Shown here: piece by piece, positions 1 to 8,819 of the stretch | Numbering within the stretch: position 1 is the first letter of the stretch | How the letters are laid out: each line of letters begins with the position of its first letter | From: Hungateiclostridiaceae bacterium UBA1305 | GTDB taxonomy: Bacteria; Bacillota; Clostridia; Acetivibrionales; DTU013 | Length of the DNA: 64,000 nt | Direction: 5' to 3' | Assembly (NCBI GenBank): GCA_002307275.1 | Contig: DBTX01000021.1 | Location: 8,432 to 72,431, forward strand | Translations under genes and position numbers: made by a program | Notes under the pieces: generated by a model | What the model saw: only the letters and a program-made list of their open reading frames with translations | The model's database searches: none | Told to the model about the DNA's origin: nothing

Positions 1-186
1 TATGCAATTAAAAAACTGGGACCGACCATCTCCTCCGCATTCCTGAACCTGATCCCTGTCATTTCCGTACTGACGGGCTATCTGATCCTGGATGAAAAGT
101 TACTGCCCATACAGTATGGCGGCATGCTGATCATTATGGCCAGTCTGTTCCTTCTTAATAAAAACAAAGACAAAACAAGCGGCTGA
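1..186 (+). CDS. C-terminal fragment of an EamA/DMT-family permease (5' end outside the window)
   Basis: Frame 1 is open from base 1 to TGA at 184-186. The translation YAIKKLGPTISSAFLNLIPVISVLTGYLILDEKLLPIQYGGMLIIMASLFLLNK looks like the last two TM helices of EamA-domain transporters. Confidence 0.6.
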   Translation, partial: YAIKKLGPTISSAFLNLIPVISVLTGYLILDEKLLPIQYGGMLIIMASLFLLNKNKDKTSG

Positions 187-258
187 GAATAGCCCAGGCG
201 CACATATCATCTTTATGTATTTTTATACAGTTGTATCCATGTAAATTCCATACAGTTG

Positions 259-1341
259 TCAGCTGTTTTTAACTTCCTCGACGATGAGTCTGCCCATTTC
301 CCTGGTTCCTACCGCCTGACCCCCGGCAGATACAATGTCGCCGGTTCTGAAGCCCTTCTCCAGTACCCGCTTGACTGCATTTTCAATCAGTTCGGCAGAG
401 GCAGCCTGACCGAGTGAATATCTTAACATCATCGCTGTTGACAGGATCGTCGCGATGGGATTGGCTTTATCCTGCCCCGCTATATCCGGCGCAGACCCGT
501 GAATCGGTTCATAGAGGCCAAGAGTCCCGCTTCCAAGGCTTGCTGAAGGGAGCATGCCTATAGAGCCCGTTATCATGGAGGCTTCGTCCGATAAAATGTC
601 TCCGAACAGATTGGAAGTGACTATAATATCAAACTGCCGTGGATTTCTGATCAGCTGCATTGCAGCATTATCCACATACATGTGGTTCAGACGGATGTCC
701 GGATATTCCTTTGAGACCTTTATGACAACCTCTCTCCACAGCTTCGAGCTTTCAAGCACATTTGCCTTGTCTACCGAGGTAACGAGGCCGCTGCGCCTGC
801 CAGCCGCTTCAAACGCCAATCTGGCTATGCGCTCCACTTCACCGACGCTGTACCTCTCGGTATCATAAGCGGCTTCCCCGGCAGTCCCCGCACCAGTTCT
901 GCCCCTCTCGCCGAAATAGATTCCGCCCGTCAGTTCACGAAATACAAGAATATCGATATTATCGCCTATTATTTCCGATTTCAGCGGAGAAGCATCCCTG
1001 AGTGCCTGGTAGATGACCGCCGGCCTGAGATTTGCATAAAGCTCCAGTCCAGCCCTGATGCCAAGCAGCCCGGATTCGGGAGTCTTTCCTCCCGGCAGGC
1101 CTTCCCACTTCGGACCGCCGACTGCTCCCAGCAGCACCGCATCGCTTGATTTGGCCATCTGCAGTGTGGCCTGCGGCAGAGGTTCTCCACATGCATCGAT
1201 GGCGCATCCGCCCATCAGCTCTTCATGATAATCGAACCCGAAACCATTTTTTTCGCCGACCGCATTCAAAACTGCAATCGCCTGATCCACCACTTCGGGG
1301 CCGATTCCGTCGCCCTTTAAAACAGTTATTTTATATTTCAT
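259..1341 (-). CDS. leuB: 3-isopropylmalate dehydrogenase
   Basis: 360-aa ORF with N-terminus [17 protein letters not shown] and the [27 protein letters not shown] motif of the isopropylmalate/isocitrate dehydrogenase family. RBS AGGGGGA lies upstream. It sits adjacent to leuD and leuC. Confidence 0.95.
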   Translation of the reverse strand: MKYKITVLKGDGIGPEVVDQAIAVLNAVGEKNGFGFDYHEELMGGCAIDACGEPLPQATLQMAKSSDAVLLGAVGGPKWEGLPGGKTPESGLLGIRAGLELYANLRPAVIYQALRDASPLKSEIIGDNIDILVFRELTGGIYFGERGRTGAGTAGEAAYDTERYSVGEVERIARLAFEAAGRRSGLVTSVDKANVLESSKLWREVVIKVSKEYPDIRLNHMYVDNAAMQLIRNPRQFDIIVTSNLFGDILSDEASMITGSIGMLPSASLGSGTLGLYEPIHGSAPDIAGQDKANPIATILSTAMMLRYSLGQAASAELIENAVKRVLEKGFRTGDIVSAGGQAVGTREMGRLIVEEVKNS

Positions 1342-1354
1342 TATTAAAATCCCC

Positions 1355-1849
1355 CTATCTTCCTGCCTGTTTCCGGAGGTAACCTATAAGACCGTCCGCT
1401 GCAATGAGCTCCTGCATGAATTCCGGAAACGGGACTCCCTGATAGGTGACATTCCTGGTTAAATTGTTTATGATGCCCGTGTCAAAATCGATCTCCAGCC
1501 TGTCGCCTTCGGATATGTCGGCAGAGGCCTCCGGACACTCGATAATGGGCAGTCCGGTATTGATGGCATTCCGGTAAAAAATTCTCGCAAAAGTCTCCGC
1601 GATGATGCAGGAAATGCCCGAATACTTGATCGCTATCGGAGCATGCTCCCTGGAAGAGCCGCAGCCGAAATTCCTGCCCCCTACCATAATGTCTCCCTTT
1701 TCAACCCTTCCGACAAAGCTTGCATCAAGATCCTCCATACAATGTGATGCCAGTTCCGCCGGATTCGAAGTATTCAGATACCTGGCAGGTATAATAACAT
1801 CCGTATCCACGTTATTTCCATATTTAATGACTTTCCCCTGTGTTTTCAT
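1355..1849 (-). CDS. leuD: 3-isopropylmalate dehydratase small subunit
   Basis: 164-aa ORF with [12 protein letters not shown], typical of the LeuD/aconitase swivel domain. RBS AGGAGG is 7 nt upstream of the ATG. Confidence 0.95.
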   Translation of the reverse strand: MKTQGKVIKYGNNVDTDVIIPARYLNTSNPAELASHCMEDLDASFVGRVEKGDIMVGGRNFGCGSSREHAPIAIKYSGISCIIAETFARIFYRNAINTGLPIIECPEASADISEGDRLEIDFDTGIINNLTRNVTYQGVPFPEFMQELIAADGLIGYLRKQAGR

Positions 1850-1919
1850 CTATAATACCTCCTATAGTTTACACGATCCGATTATTTAGCTTTTTTTCAA
1901 TGCCGCGCAATCCCATTCG

Positions 1920-2107
1920 GGCTATTGCTCCTCCGTGGATGCGATCCTGCCGGTTATAGTGCTTCCGTTGATGCACTCCTGTCAGGTACAGGTGATAGTG
2001 CTTCCGATGCTGCACTCCTGTCAGGTACCGGTGATAGTGCTTCCGATGCTGCATTCCTTCAAGTATCGGTTATAGCTCCTCCGGTGATGCGATTCTGCCG
2101 GCGACAG
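1920..2107. repeat. Tandem array of about 39 bp: four degenerate copies of the leuC 3' end plus the gene's own terminus
   Basis: Hand-aligned units are 1920-1951, 1952-1990, 1991-2029 and 2030-2067, plus the genuine leuC end from 2068. Units 2 and 3 are identical at 35 of 39 positions. Unit 1920-1951 matches the leuC end (2068-2099) at 27 of 32 positions. Confidence 0.85.
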
Positions 2108-3353
2108 CGGATGCTGCTGCAATTGCAGGACTTGCAAGGTAAACTTCACTTTCCGGATGGCCCATTCTGCCGATGAAATTCCTGTTTGTCGTAGCCACAG
2201 CTCTTTCACCCTTTGCGAGTATGCCCATATGACCGCCGAGGCAGGGACCGCAGGTCGGTGTACTTACCGCAGCGCCGGCATCGATAAATATGTCAAAGAG
2301 CCCCTCATGCATTGACTGCTGCCATATTTTCTGCGTTGCGGGAATAATGATACACCTTACATCCGGATGAACCTTGCGCCCCTTGAGTATCTGTGCGGCC
2401 ATACGCATATCTTCCATCCTGCCGTTCGTGCAGGAACCGATGATCACCTGATCGATTTTTATGTTCCCAACTTTGTCGATCGTCCTCGCCTTGTCGGGAA
2501 GGGGCGGGAATGCCACAGTAGGCTTGATATCCTCAAGATTGATTACATATTCCCCACTATATACGGCATCCGTATCCGCGGTAAACACTTCGTGTGGCTT
2601 TCTGGAATGCTCCCTGACATATACCAGAGTCTGTTCATCCACTTCGAAAATTCCGTTCTTTGCTCCGGCTTCAATCGCCATGTTCGCCATGGAGAACCTG
2701 TCGTCCATGGAAAGATTTTTGAGACCATCGCCCGTAAATTCCATCGATTTATACAATGCGCCATCCACACCAATCATTCCGATGATATGCAGGATGACAT
2801 CCTTGCCGCTGACCCACTTGCCTGGTTTGCCCCTGAGTTCGAACCTGATGGCCTCGGGCACCTTGAACCAGGCTTCTCCTGTTGCCATCCCAGCCGCCAT
2901 GTCAGTGCTCCCGATCCCTGTGGAGAAAGCGCCAAGTGCGCCGTAGGTGCAGGTATGCGAATCCGCTCCGATGACCACATCACCCGGTACGACAAGCCCT
3001 TTTTCCGGCAGCAGCGCATGTTCAACACCCATTTGCCCGATTTCGAAGTAATTTACAATACCCATCTCCCGGGCAAATTCCTTTATAAATTTCACCTGCT
3101 CCGCAGATTTGATATCCTTGTTCGGAGTAAAATGATCAGGCACTATGGCAATTTTATTTTTATCAAATACTTGATTCACACCGATTTTACGAAATTCCTT
3201 CACCGCTACGGGCGTGGTGATATCGTTTCCAAGTACCATATCGAGCCTGGCCTTTATAAGCTGGCCGGCTTCCACCCTGTCAAGACCCGCATGGGCTGCA
3301 AGGATTTTCTGAGTCATCGTCATGCCTTTTCCGCTTGAAAATTGATTTGTCAT
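2070..3353 (-). CDS. leuC: 3-isopropylmalate dehydratase large subunit
   Basis: 427-aa ORF with aconitase-family Fe-S ligand regions ([29 protein letters not shown]). RBS GGGAGG is 7 nt upstream of the ATG at 3353. Confidence 0.95.
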   Translation of the reverse strand: MTNQFSSGKGMTMTQKILAAHAGLDRVEAGQLIKARLDMVLGNDITTPVAVKEFRKIGVNQVFDKNKIAIVPDHFTPNKDIKSAEQVKFIKEFAREMGIVNYFEIGQMGVEHALLPEKGLVVPGDVVIGADSHTCTYGALGAFSTGIGSTDMAAGMATGEAWFKVPEAIRFELRGKPGKWVSGKDVILHIIGMIGVDGALYKSMEFTGDGLKNLSMDDRFSMANMAIEAGAKNGIFEVDEQTLVYVREHSRKPHEVFTADTDAVYSGEYVINLEDIKPTVAFPPLPDKARTIDKVGNIKIDQVIIGSCTNGRMEDMRMAAQILKGRKVHPDVRCIIIPATQKIWQQSMHEGLFDIFIDAGAAVSTPTCGPCLGGHMGILAKGERAVATTNRNFIGRMGHPESEVYLASPAIAAASAVAGRIASPEEL

Positions 3354-3637
3354 GTTAATACCTCCCTGTTACAAGAATTATACCGACTGGCATACCAGGT
3401 TTCTTCCTGTTACTTGCCGTCATGCGGCAAAATATGAATGTTTTTTGTTATGCTGGTATATAATGCAAAAAAGAAATACAAAGCAGGCTTTTTTGCACTT
3501 ATATTACCTTAAGCTAATTAGTCTACTATGTAGTATATCAATGTAGATTATGTGCCTATACAATAATCATATTTGCAGAAATTTTACTCTTCCTATATCA
3601 ATTATTTCTGCAACTTATTTGTATATTATAGATGAAA

Positions 3638-4522
3638 TTATACGGATTTTTTTCTGTATTGAAGCGGTGTCACATGAGCATATTTTTTAAACATCTCATT
3701 GAAACGCTGCTGATTTGAAAATCCAACGCTGAGTGCTATATCGCTGATTTTCAAGCCTGTGTCGGCCAGCAGCTCCTTCGCCCTGTCGATGCGCACCTTC
3801 AAAAGGAAATTGATCGGGCTCATTCCCGTCTCTTCCTTGAATGCCCTTATAAAATAGCTGGGACTGAGAAATACGAATTTAGAAATATCCCCAAGTGAAA
3901 TGTCGCGTTCGAAATTGTTATGGATGAAGTTGATGGATATGTTGATAAGCTCACGAAGCTTGGGGCTCTTGGTCTTGATGCTGTTTTCCCACTCCATTTT
4001 GAGCGCACGTGAAAGCAGTACAAAAAGTTCGAGTACCAGCAGATAATTCAGGAATTCGCTGCCGGGTTCGCTATTCTCACGCTCTTTGAGAATCCTGTTC
4101 ATCAGCACGATAATTTCATTTTTCTGGCTGACCTTCAAGGTGATATAAGCCCCTGTCTCCCGGCTGGTAACGAAATTCAGAAAGTCCTCCAGCGGAATTT
4201 CAGAATATTCCCCATTGATCTTGTTTTCAAATTTAAAATTCAGAACGATGAATTCACAGCCATTTTCCGACTTCACGATGAATTTGTGGTACTGCATGGG
4301 CTTAATGATGACAATATCATTCGGGCCAAGAGACACAGGCTGCCCGGAAATTTCAAATACCGCATAGCCTTTCTTCATGTAAACCATCTCATAATTCTCA
4401 TGACGGTTGGGTTCCATGGACCAGGAGATATCCTGGATCCGCTCGATTGTCTTGACAATGACCGGAAGAAAGTTGGAGGAATTCAACACTCCTTCCCACG
4501 CCTTCGGCAGCAGCTTATCCAT
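3638..4522 (-). CDS. AraC/XylS-family transcriptional regulator with an N-terminal cupin-like sensor domain
   Basis: 294-aa ORF. The C-terminal double HTH (ISLGDISKFVFLSPSYFIRAFKEETGMSPINFL ... ISDIALSVGFSNQQRFNEMFKKYAHVTPLQYRK) is the AraC signature. Confidence 0.85.
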   Translation of the reverse strand: MDKLLPKAWEGVLNSSNFLPVIVKTIERIQDISWSMEPNRHENYEMVYMKKGYAVFEISGQPVSLGPNDIVIIKPMQYHKFIVKSENGCEFIVLNFKFENKINGEYSEIPLEDFLNFVTSRETGAYITLKVSQKNEIIVLMNRILKERENSEPGSEFLNYLLVLELFVLLSRALKMEWENSIKTKSPKLRELINISINFIHNNFERDISLGDISKFVFLSPSYFIRAFKEETGMSPINFLLKVRIDRAKELLADTGLKISDIALSVGFSNQQRFNEMFKKYAHVTPLQYRKKSV

Positions 4523-4699
4523 GAAATCACCCTTTCTGCAAGAACTGTCTCAAGCAAATTATACTCCAAATGCTTACATTTGTCACGCAGTGAATGCCCC
4601 CGTACCCCCGGTGTGAAAAGAATAACGGGAATAAATATTGCAGTATTTACAATAATAATATACAATATTTTTATACAATATTTTTCTGAGGTGAATGAT

Positions 4700-4972
4700 A
4701 TGCCCACTAAAGTAAAAAACATTACATTCTCCCTTCCAACGGAGCTTGTCGATAAATTGAAAGAATATGCAAAAGACCAGCGCATTCCGTCTTTAAATGC
4801 TGGAGTCAAAGAAGCTCTGGAGGAATATGTACTAAAAATCAGCAAGGAAAAATTAAGAAGTGAAATGGTACACGCCTCAAAGGATGTATTGTTTCTGGAA
4901 GATTTAAAGGAGAGTATGAAATCATTTGAATCCTCTGATAATGAGATTTATAAGGGGGAGCCCGAATGGTAA
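4700..4972 (+). CDS. Type II antitoxin (small RHH/MazE-like partner of the downstream PemK/MazF toxin)
   Basis: The ATG at 4700 is preceded by GAGGTGA. The product is 90 aa and its stop overlaps the toxin start by 7 nt. The long upstream extension of track ORF 4286..4972 runs antisense to the AraC gene and is discarded. Confidence 0.7.
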   Translation: MPTKVKNITFSLPTELVDKLKEYAKDQRIPSLNAGVKEALEEYVLKISKEKLRSEMVHASKDVLFLEDLKESMKSFESSDNEIYKGEPEW

Positions 4973-5313
4973 ATTATCAATGGAACATTTTCCGTGCCAG
5001 CCTTGATCCTGTCAAGGGCTCTGAGCAATCCGGCACCAGACCTGTTTTGATCATATCGGCAGAAGAGGCTAATGAATCGCTTCCAATCGTTACGGTTATT
5101 TCATTGACATCGGCTAAGCCAGGCAGAAAGGTATACTTAATTGAATCTTTATTAAAAGCCGAAGATACAGGCCTACCCAGAGATTCAATCGCAATGGCGC
5201 ACCAGATCAGAGCTATATCAAAAGAACGACTTTGCGGAATGTGCGGGCAAATTACCTCGGAAGAAGTGAAGGTTGATATAAAAAGAGCCATAAAATTATA
5301 TCTGGATATGTAA
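4966..5313 (+). CDS. mazF: PemK/MazF-family endoribonuclease toxin
   Basis: 115-aa ORF. IFRASLDPVKGSEQSGTRPVLIIS and AMAHQIRAISKERL match the MazF/PemK core. RBS AAGGGGGAG lies upstream. Confidence 0.88.
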   Translation: MVNYQWNIFRASLDPVKGSEQSGTRPVLIISAEEANESLPIVTVISLTSAKPGRKVYLIESLLKAEDTGLPRDSIAMAHQIRAISKERLCGMCGQITSEEVKVDIKRAIKLYLDM

Positions 5314-5328
5314 GGCAAGATACCTCCG

Positions 5329-5388
5329 CTATGTGGTTCACAGGGACGGGCTCATGCGTGCCGCCCCTATGAGCCACATAGTTTTTCG
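5329..5388 (+). terminator. Rho-independent terminator of the TA operon
   Basis: A 17-nt arm ctatgtggttcacaggg (5329-5345) pairs with ccctatgagccacatag (5365-5381) with 2 mismatches, followed by TTTTTCG. Confidence 0.75.
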
Positions 5389-5651
5389 TGTTGTTTTTGG
5401 ATTTGCATATTGATTATTTTTAGAAAAAAAGTCGGTCACAGGAATCTGCGCTGTGATAGAATCAATTTATCTTAAGATGACAGGAGCGCTCCTTATTGAA
5501 CTGGAGGTCACTGGTTTTTTGAAGAATATCTGCTGGATAAGCCTGAAATCAGCAAGGAAACAGATATGCTGCTGCATATGTCGATAAAACCGAGGAAGTA
5601 AGGTGTTGATAGGGCTGACTATTTGCAGAGTTGGCTATTTGCGGACCTGCC

Positions 5652-5795
5652 AGGCTCAAGCAAAAGTAGGCGGAAAGACAAGGAATTTTCAGGTATGTAA
5701 GGCTCAAGCAAAAGTAAATGAGGAGATAAGAAGTTTACAAGCATATCAGTCTCAAGCACTGGGAAACAAGGATACAATGAGAAGGCCCTCTGTGT
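5652..5795. repeat. Three degenerate 48-bp tandem units in a non-coding gap
   Basis: Units start at 5652, 5700 and 5748, each opening with ag(g/t)ctcaagca. The first 17 nt of units 1 and 2 are identical and the remainder is roughly half conserved. Confidence 0.5.
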
Positions 5796-5854
5796 TGTTT
5801 ATAACATGCGCCTTCTCATTCATCCTATTGATTCCCTGGTACCTAATATTGATG

Positions 5855-6091
5855 TCAAGCCTCCATCTCATCAAACTCAACGGTTTCCAGCAGCTTTTTG
5901 AGCTCCGTTACCTCGTTTTTGTTAAGAGTAACGCCCTTTCCCATTTTTTCATGGGTCTCATCCCAGTCCCTGATGTCCAGCTTCGGTTTACGTTCATTCC
6001 AGCTTACCAGGTTGACTTCCTTTTTCCAGCCTTTTGTCCCTTCCCCAATGACTCCAAGATTCTTTTTGATCTCATACTTTAGTTCTGTCAT
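5855..6091 (-). CDS. PC4/YdbC-like small ssDNA-binding protein (DUF2128-type)
   Basis: 78 aa from the ATG at 6091, with GGAGGGG 6 nt upstream. MTELKYEIKKNLGVIGEGTKGWKKEVNLVSWNERKPKLDIRDW resembles the Lactococcus YdbC / PC4-fold family. Confidence 0.7.
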   Translation of the reverse strand: MTELKYEIKKNLGVIGEGTKGWKKEVNLVSWNERKPKLDIRDWDETHEKMGKGVTLNKNEVTELKKLLETVEFDEMEA

Positions 6092-6411
6092 TTTGAACCC
6101 CTCCATTTTAATTATTATAAGTGCACGATGATTATTGTCACTTAAATACGTAGATTTTTTACCCGGTTCTTTCCTGATTACTAATTACATTATATCAAAT
6201 ATATGGTAATCGAACAAGCGTTCTGGGTAATAGTACAGATATTTTTACAAATTTCCCACTCCATCTATAGTGAGGAATCAATTCATCCTCCGCCTTCGCT
6301 CTCGCTTTGAAAGCAGAGTTGCTTAGAGGCTGGAGACTTCTTGCTGGATTGTTGAAAAATTCTTTTTTGTCGATATAAGGCTAATTCTCTTCTATCGTGC
6401 AGAGTTAAGCC

Positions 6412-8802
6412 TCATCTGTCAGTGCCGGCTTCGTAATCGTCAAGTGAAGAATAACTCAGGTCAAAAATGATCGTATCGCCGGTATAGAACAGCGTACTGT
6501 CTTTAGGTCCGCCCTCAGCTGTCCACTGGTCTGGATTATAGTCAAAAACTTTAACTCCGTTCTTATATCCTTCTATTGTGAAATTAACCATTATGAGACC
6601 CTTTGTCAGTATAATGGATTGATCCACCTTGCCATTTGCAACAATAGGTAACCCCTTGCGAACGGCTTTTGTCGTCGGCATTAATGCAAAGCGTCCATTC
6701 CAGGTTGAATTTTTTGAATCCGTTATGGTTCGGACATCATAATTTAAAATAAGCTGGGATAGTCCTCCTGTATTGAAACAGTCATAGGTCATGGCGAAGT
6801 GATCTCTGCTGCTGCCATACTGTATCAGGTATTCGCTGTCAAGATCATAATAAAGGTCAACCTCATAAGCATTTCGTATGCTATCGCTCTTAAGATCCTT
6901 CATATAATAGAATCTCGGCTTTATTTGAACAGTGTCGGCATCGTCGTTCAAACCTCTGCTTGTCATACTGAAATAGAAAGCATAACCTATCCTGGTCAGT
7001 ATATTTTTCGTCGGGTGGCTGTCGACTGGCATCGTACTCACCGGATAATATGCGCCTGTAGATATGCCGGATGCATAATCCGGATTCCAGAAAACACTTT
7101 CCCACTGCCTGTCTGTAATATCTGTGATTCTGAAGTTCTGCAGGCTGCATTCGATATATATTTGTTCTGTGGCTGTAATCATATTGCCTGCCCGGTCCCT
7201 GGCGTATACATGAAGGTACCAGCTGCCAATCCTGTTCTGTGAGGTATGCACCATAACTGCCGTATTAACGGTAGCCGCCGCCCCCTCTGTTGTAGTACGG
7301 CCAAGGTTTGACATGCTGGATATATCTGCCGGGAATGTTGCGTCTTGTGACCATGAATATCTGCTTTCTGCAATACCGGAGAGGTTATCTCCCAACGTCA
7401 GATTAATCTTATTCCCTGCCTCGTATATAAACCAATGCTGTCCGGATTTGAAATCGTCCTGATTGGACCAGTTGAACGTGATTGTGGGATTAACTTTATC
7501 TATGTGGTACGATCCGGAAGACGAGGCATAATCTTCATCAGGTGCGGAAGTGTCGGCCGGGGTATCGGAATCCCAGGAGCCTTGTGGAGGGGATCCAGAG
7601 GACCACGTTTTCGTTCCTGCGTTCCAGCCGCTCAATTTCGCGGCCAGTTTATTCACTCCCGTCCGGCTCAAAGTAACAGTAGTGTTGTTTGTGATATTTG
7701 CAGTTGCGGCCAACGGAGGTGTGCCGGAAACATTGATTTGTCCGATACCCCAATCCTGGCTATAACTCCAGTTCATGGATCTATGACTTGTGGAATAGCA
7801 GGAAGCTTTATGGGTATGCTCAGTTATTCCGCATATTAAATCCCCATCGGCGTTATAACAGCCTGAATGGTGCTTATGCTCTGATAAAGTGCAGGAAAGG
7901 TATTTATATGAATAATCCCTGCTGTTATATCCGCCAATTGTCGCTGTGGTATTCCCATCGACGTAAACCCGGACCTGAAGATCCGTATTCCTCCATGTGC
8001 AGCTGTCGGGTACAAATTTGATCATACCGGTAGGTATAACAACTTCAGGTTCTGGCGGTTCTTCCACCATTTCCGGCACGACATTATAGTTATCCGGAGC
8101 AATCGGGACAATCAAATACCAAAGGTGCCCGGATACCATATGCCACATTCGGCCAACACCAAAGCCATTAGCCGTTGGCGGCTGCATAACGTGGACGTAA
8201 TCAGCCCAGGTTAATGATGGATCAGGCGGGGTACGCCAATTTGTGCCTAAAACGTTATGGTAGAAAGCAAGGATACCATTTTCGATGTTATCCTGGTATC
8301 TCTGACCAATGCCAGGCGTATCAGAATCAAATGATTTATCGCGGCATAGGCTTATTGTCCGTGAGTTATTCCAAGGATATAGAATCCAAATTCTCTGTTC
8401 AAATGTCTTACTTGCATCCCATGCATCCATTGGCGCGTAAAAATTCCAGAAAGTATCTGCTCCCATTGTCTCACCTAACACATCAGGGACGCCGCTGCTA
8501 AATGACGAAGCACTGCCATATACCATCGTATACCCTAAATCAGCGGCAACGTCACTATGATAGATTTTACCCGTTATTCGATTATCCCAGCTTCCCCAAT
8601 TGCCAACTGCTAAATTGCTATTTAAACTTTTTCTGCTTGGTCTATTTTTTTCTTCAAAATACTCGTAGCCCAAGGAACCATTTGCATCTAAAAGTGCATC
8701 TCCTACCGTAGCAGGCTTTTCTAATGCCGTATATGCGGGAATTTGTGGCATAGCAAAAAAGAGGAAACATAAAAATAGAACGGTAATTATTTTTTTTATC
8801 AT
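6412..8802 (-). CDS. Large exported protein of unknown family; last gene of the Tad-like operon
   Basis: 796-aa ORF with N-terminal signal peptide MIKKIITVLFLCFLFFAMPQIPAYTA and a duplicated Cx3EHxHx3C motif at residues 304-336. I recognise no catalytic family. Confidence 0.8.
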   Translation of the reverse strand: MIKKIITVLFLCFLFFAMPQIPAYTALEKPATVGDALLDANGSLGYEYFEEKNRPSRKSLNSNLAVGNWGSWDNRITGKIYHSDVAADLGYTMVYGSASSFSSGVPDVLGETMGADTFWNFYAPMDAWDASKTFEQRIWILYPWNNSRTISLCRDKSFDSDTPGIGQRYQDNIENGILAFYHNVLGTNWRTPPDPSLTWADYVHVMQPPTANGFGVGRMWHMVSGHLWYLIVPIAPDNYNVVPEMVEEPPEPEVVIPTGMIKFVPDSCTWRNTDLQVRVYVDGNTTATIGGYNSRDYSYKYLSCTLSEHKHHSGCYNADGDLICGITEHTHKASCYSTSHRSMNWSYSQDWGIGQINVSGTPPLAATANITNNTTVTLSRTGVNKLAAKLSGWNAGTKTWSSGSPPQGSWDSDTPADTSAPDEDYASSSGSYHIDKVNPTITFNWSNQDDFKSGQHWFIYEAGNKINLTLGDNLSGIAESRYSWSQDATFPADISSMSNLGRTTTEGAAATVNTAVMVHTSQNRIGSWYLHVYARDRAGNMITATEQIYIECSLQNFRITDITDRQWESVFWNPDYASGISTGAYYPVSTMPVDSHPTKNILTRIGYAFYFSMTSRGLNDDADTVQIKPRFYYMKDLKSDSIRNAYEVDLYYDLDSEYLIQYGSSRDHFAMTYDCFNTGGLSQLILNYDVRTITDSKNSTWNGRFALMPTTKAVRKGLPIVANGKVDQSIILTKGLIMVNFTIEGYKNGVKVFDYNPDQWTAEGGPKDSTLFYTGDTIIFDLSYSSLDDYEAGTDR

Positions 8803-8819
8803 TACTTGTCCAACCCCTG

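Noticed and set aside
225-261. 10-nt direct repeat atacagttgt (225-234 and 250-259) abutting the leuB stop
   Set aside because: It is too short to count as another echo array and could be coincidental.
1869-2054. 61-aa minus-strand ORF over the 39-bp leuC-leuD repeats (plus 1925..2176 on the plus strand)
   Set aside because: It is a repeat-driven open frame without a start context and lies between two genes of a conserved operon.
2367-3338. 323-aa plus-strand ORF, plus several shorter ones, inside leuC
   Set aside because: It is antisense to a strongly supported leuC CDS, has no RBS and gives a low-complexity translation. This is a typical shadow ORF.
3354-3637. Search for a T-box or leucine leader/attenuator upstream of leuC
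   Set aside because: Only two hairpins are visible: TTGCAGAAAT...ATTTCTGCAA and TGCAAAAAAG...CTTTTTTGCA. I could not find the conserved T-box sequence (AGGGTGGTACCGCG-like) or a specifier-loop arrangement, so no call is made.
4286-4699. N-terminal extension of the antitoxin ORF (track ORF of 228 aa)
   Set aside because: The extension is antisense to the AraC gene. A good RBS precedes the internal ATG at 4700, giving a typical 90-aa antitoxin.
5400-5602. Short open stretch (..FEEYLLDKPEISKETDMLLHMSIKPRK*) after the TA terminator
   Set aside because: It may be a gene remnant, but it is too short and has no recognisable family or start.
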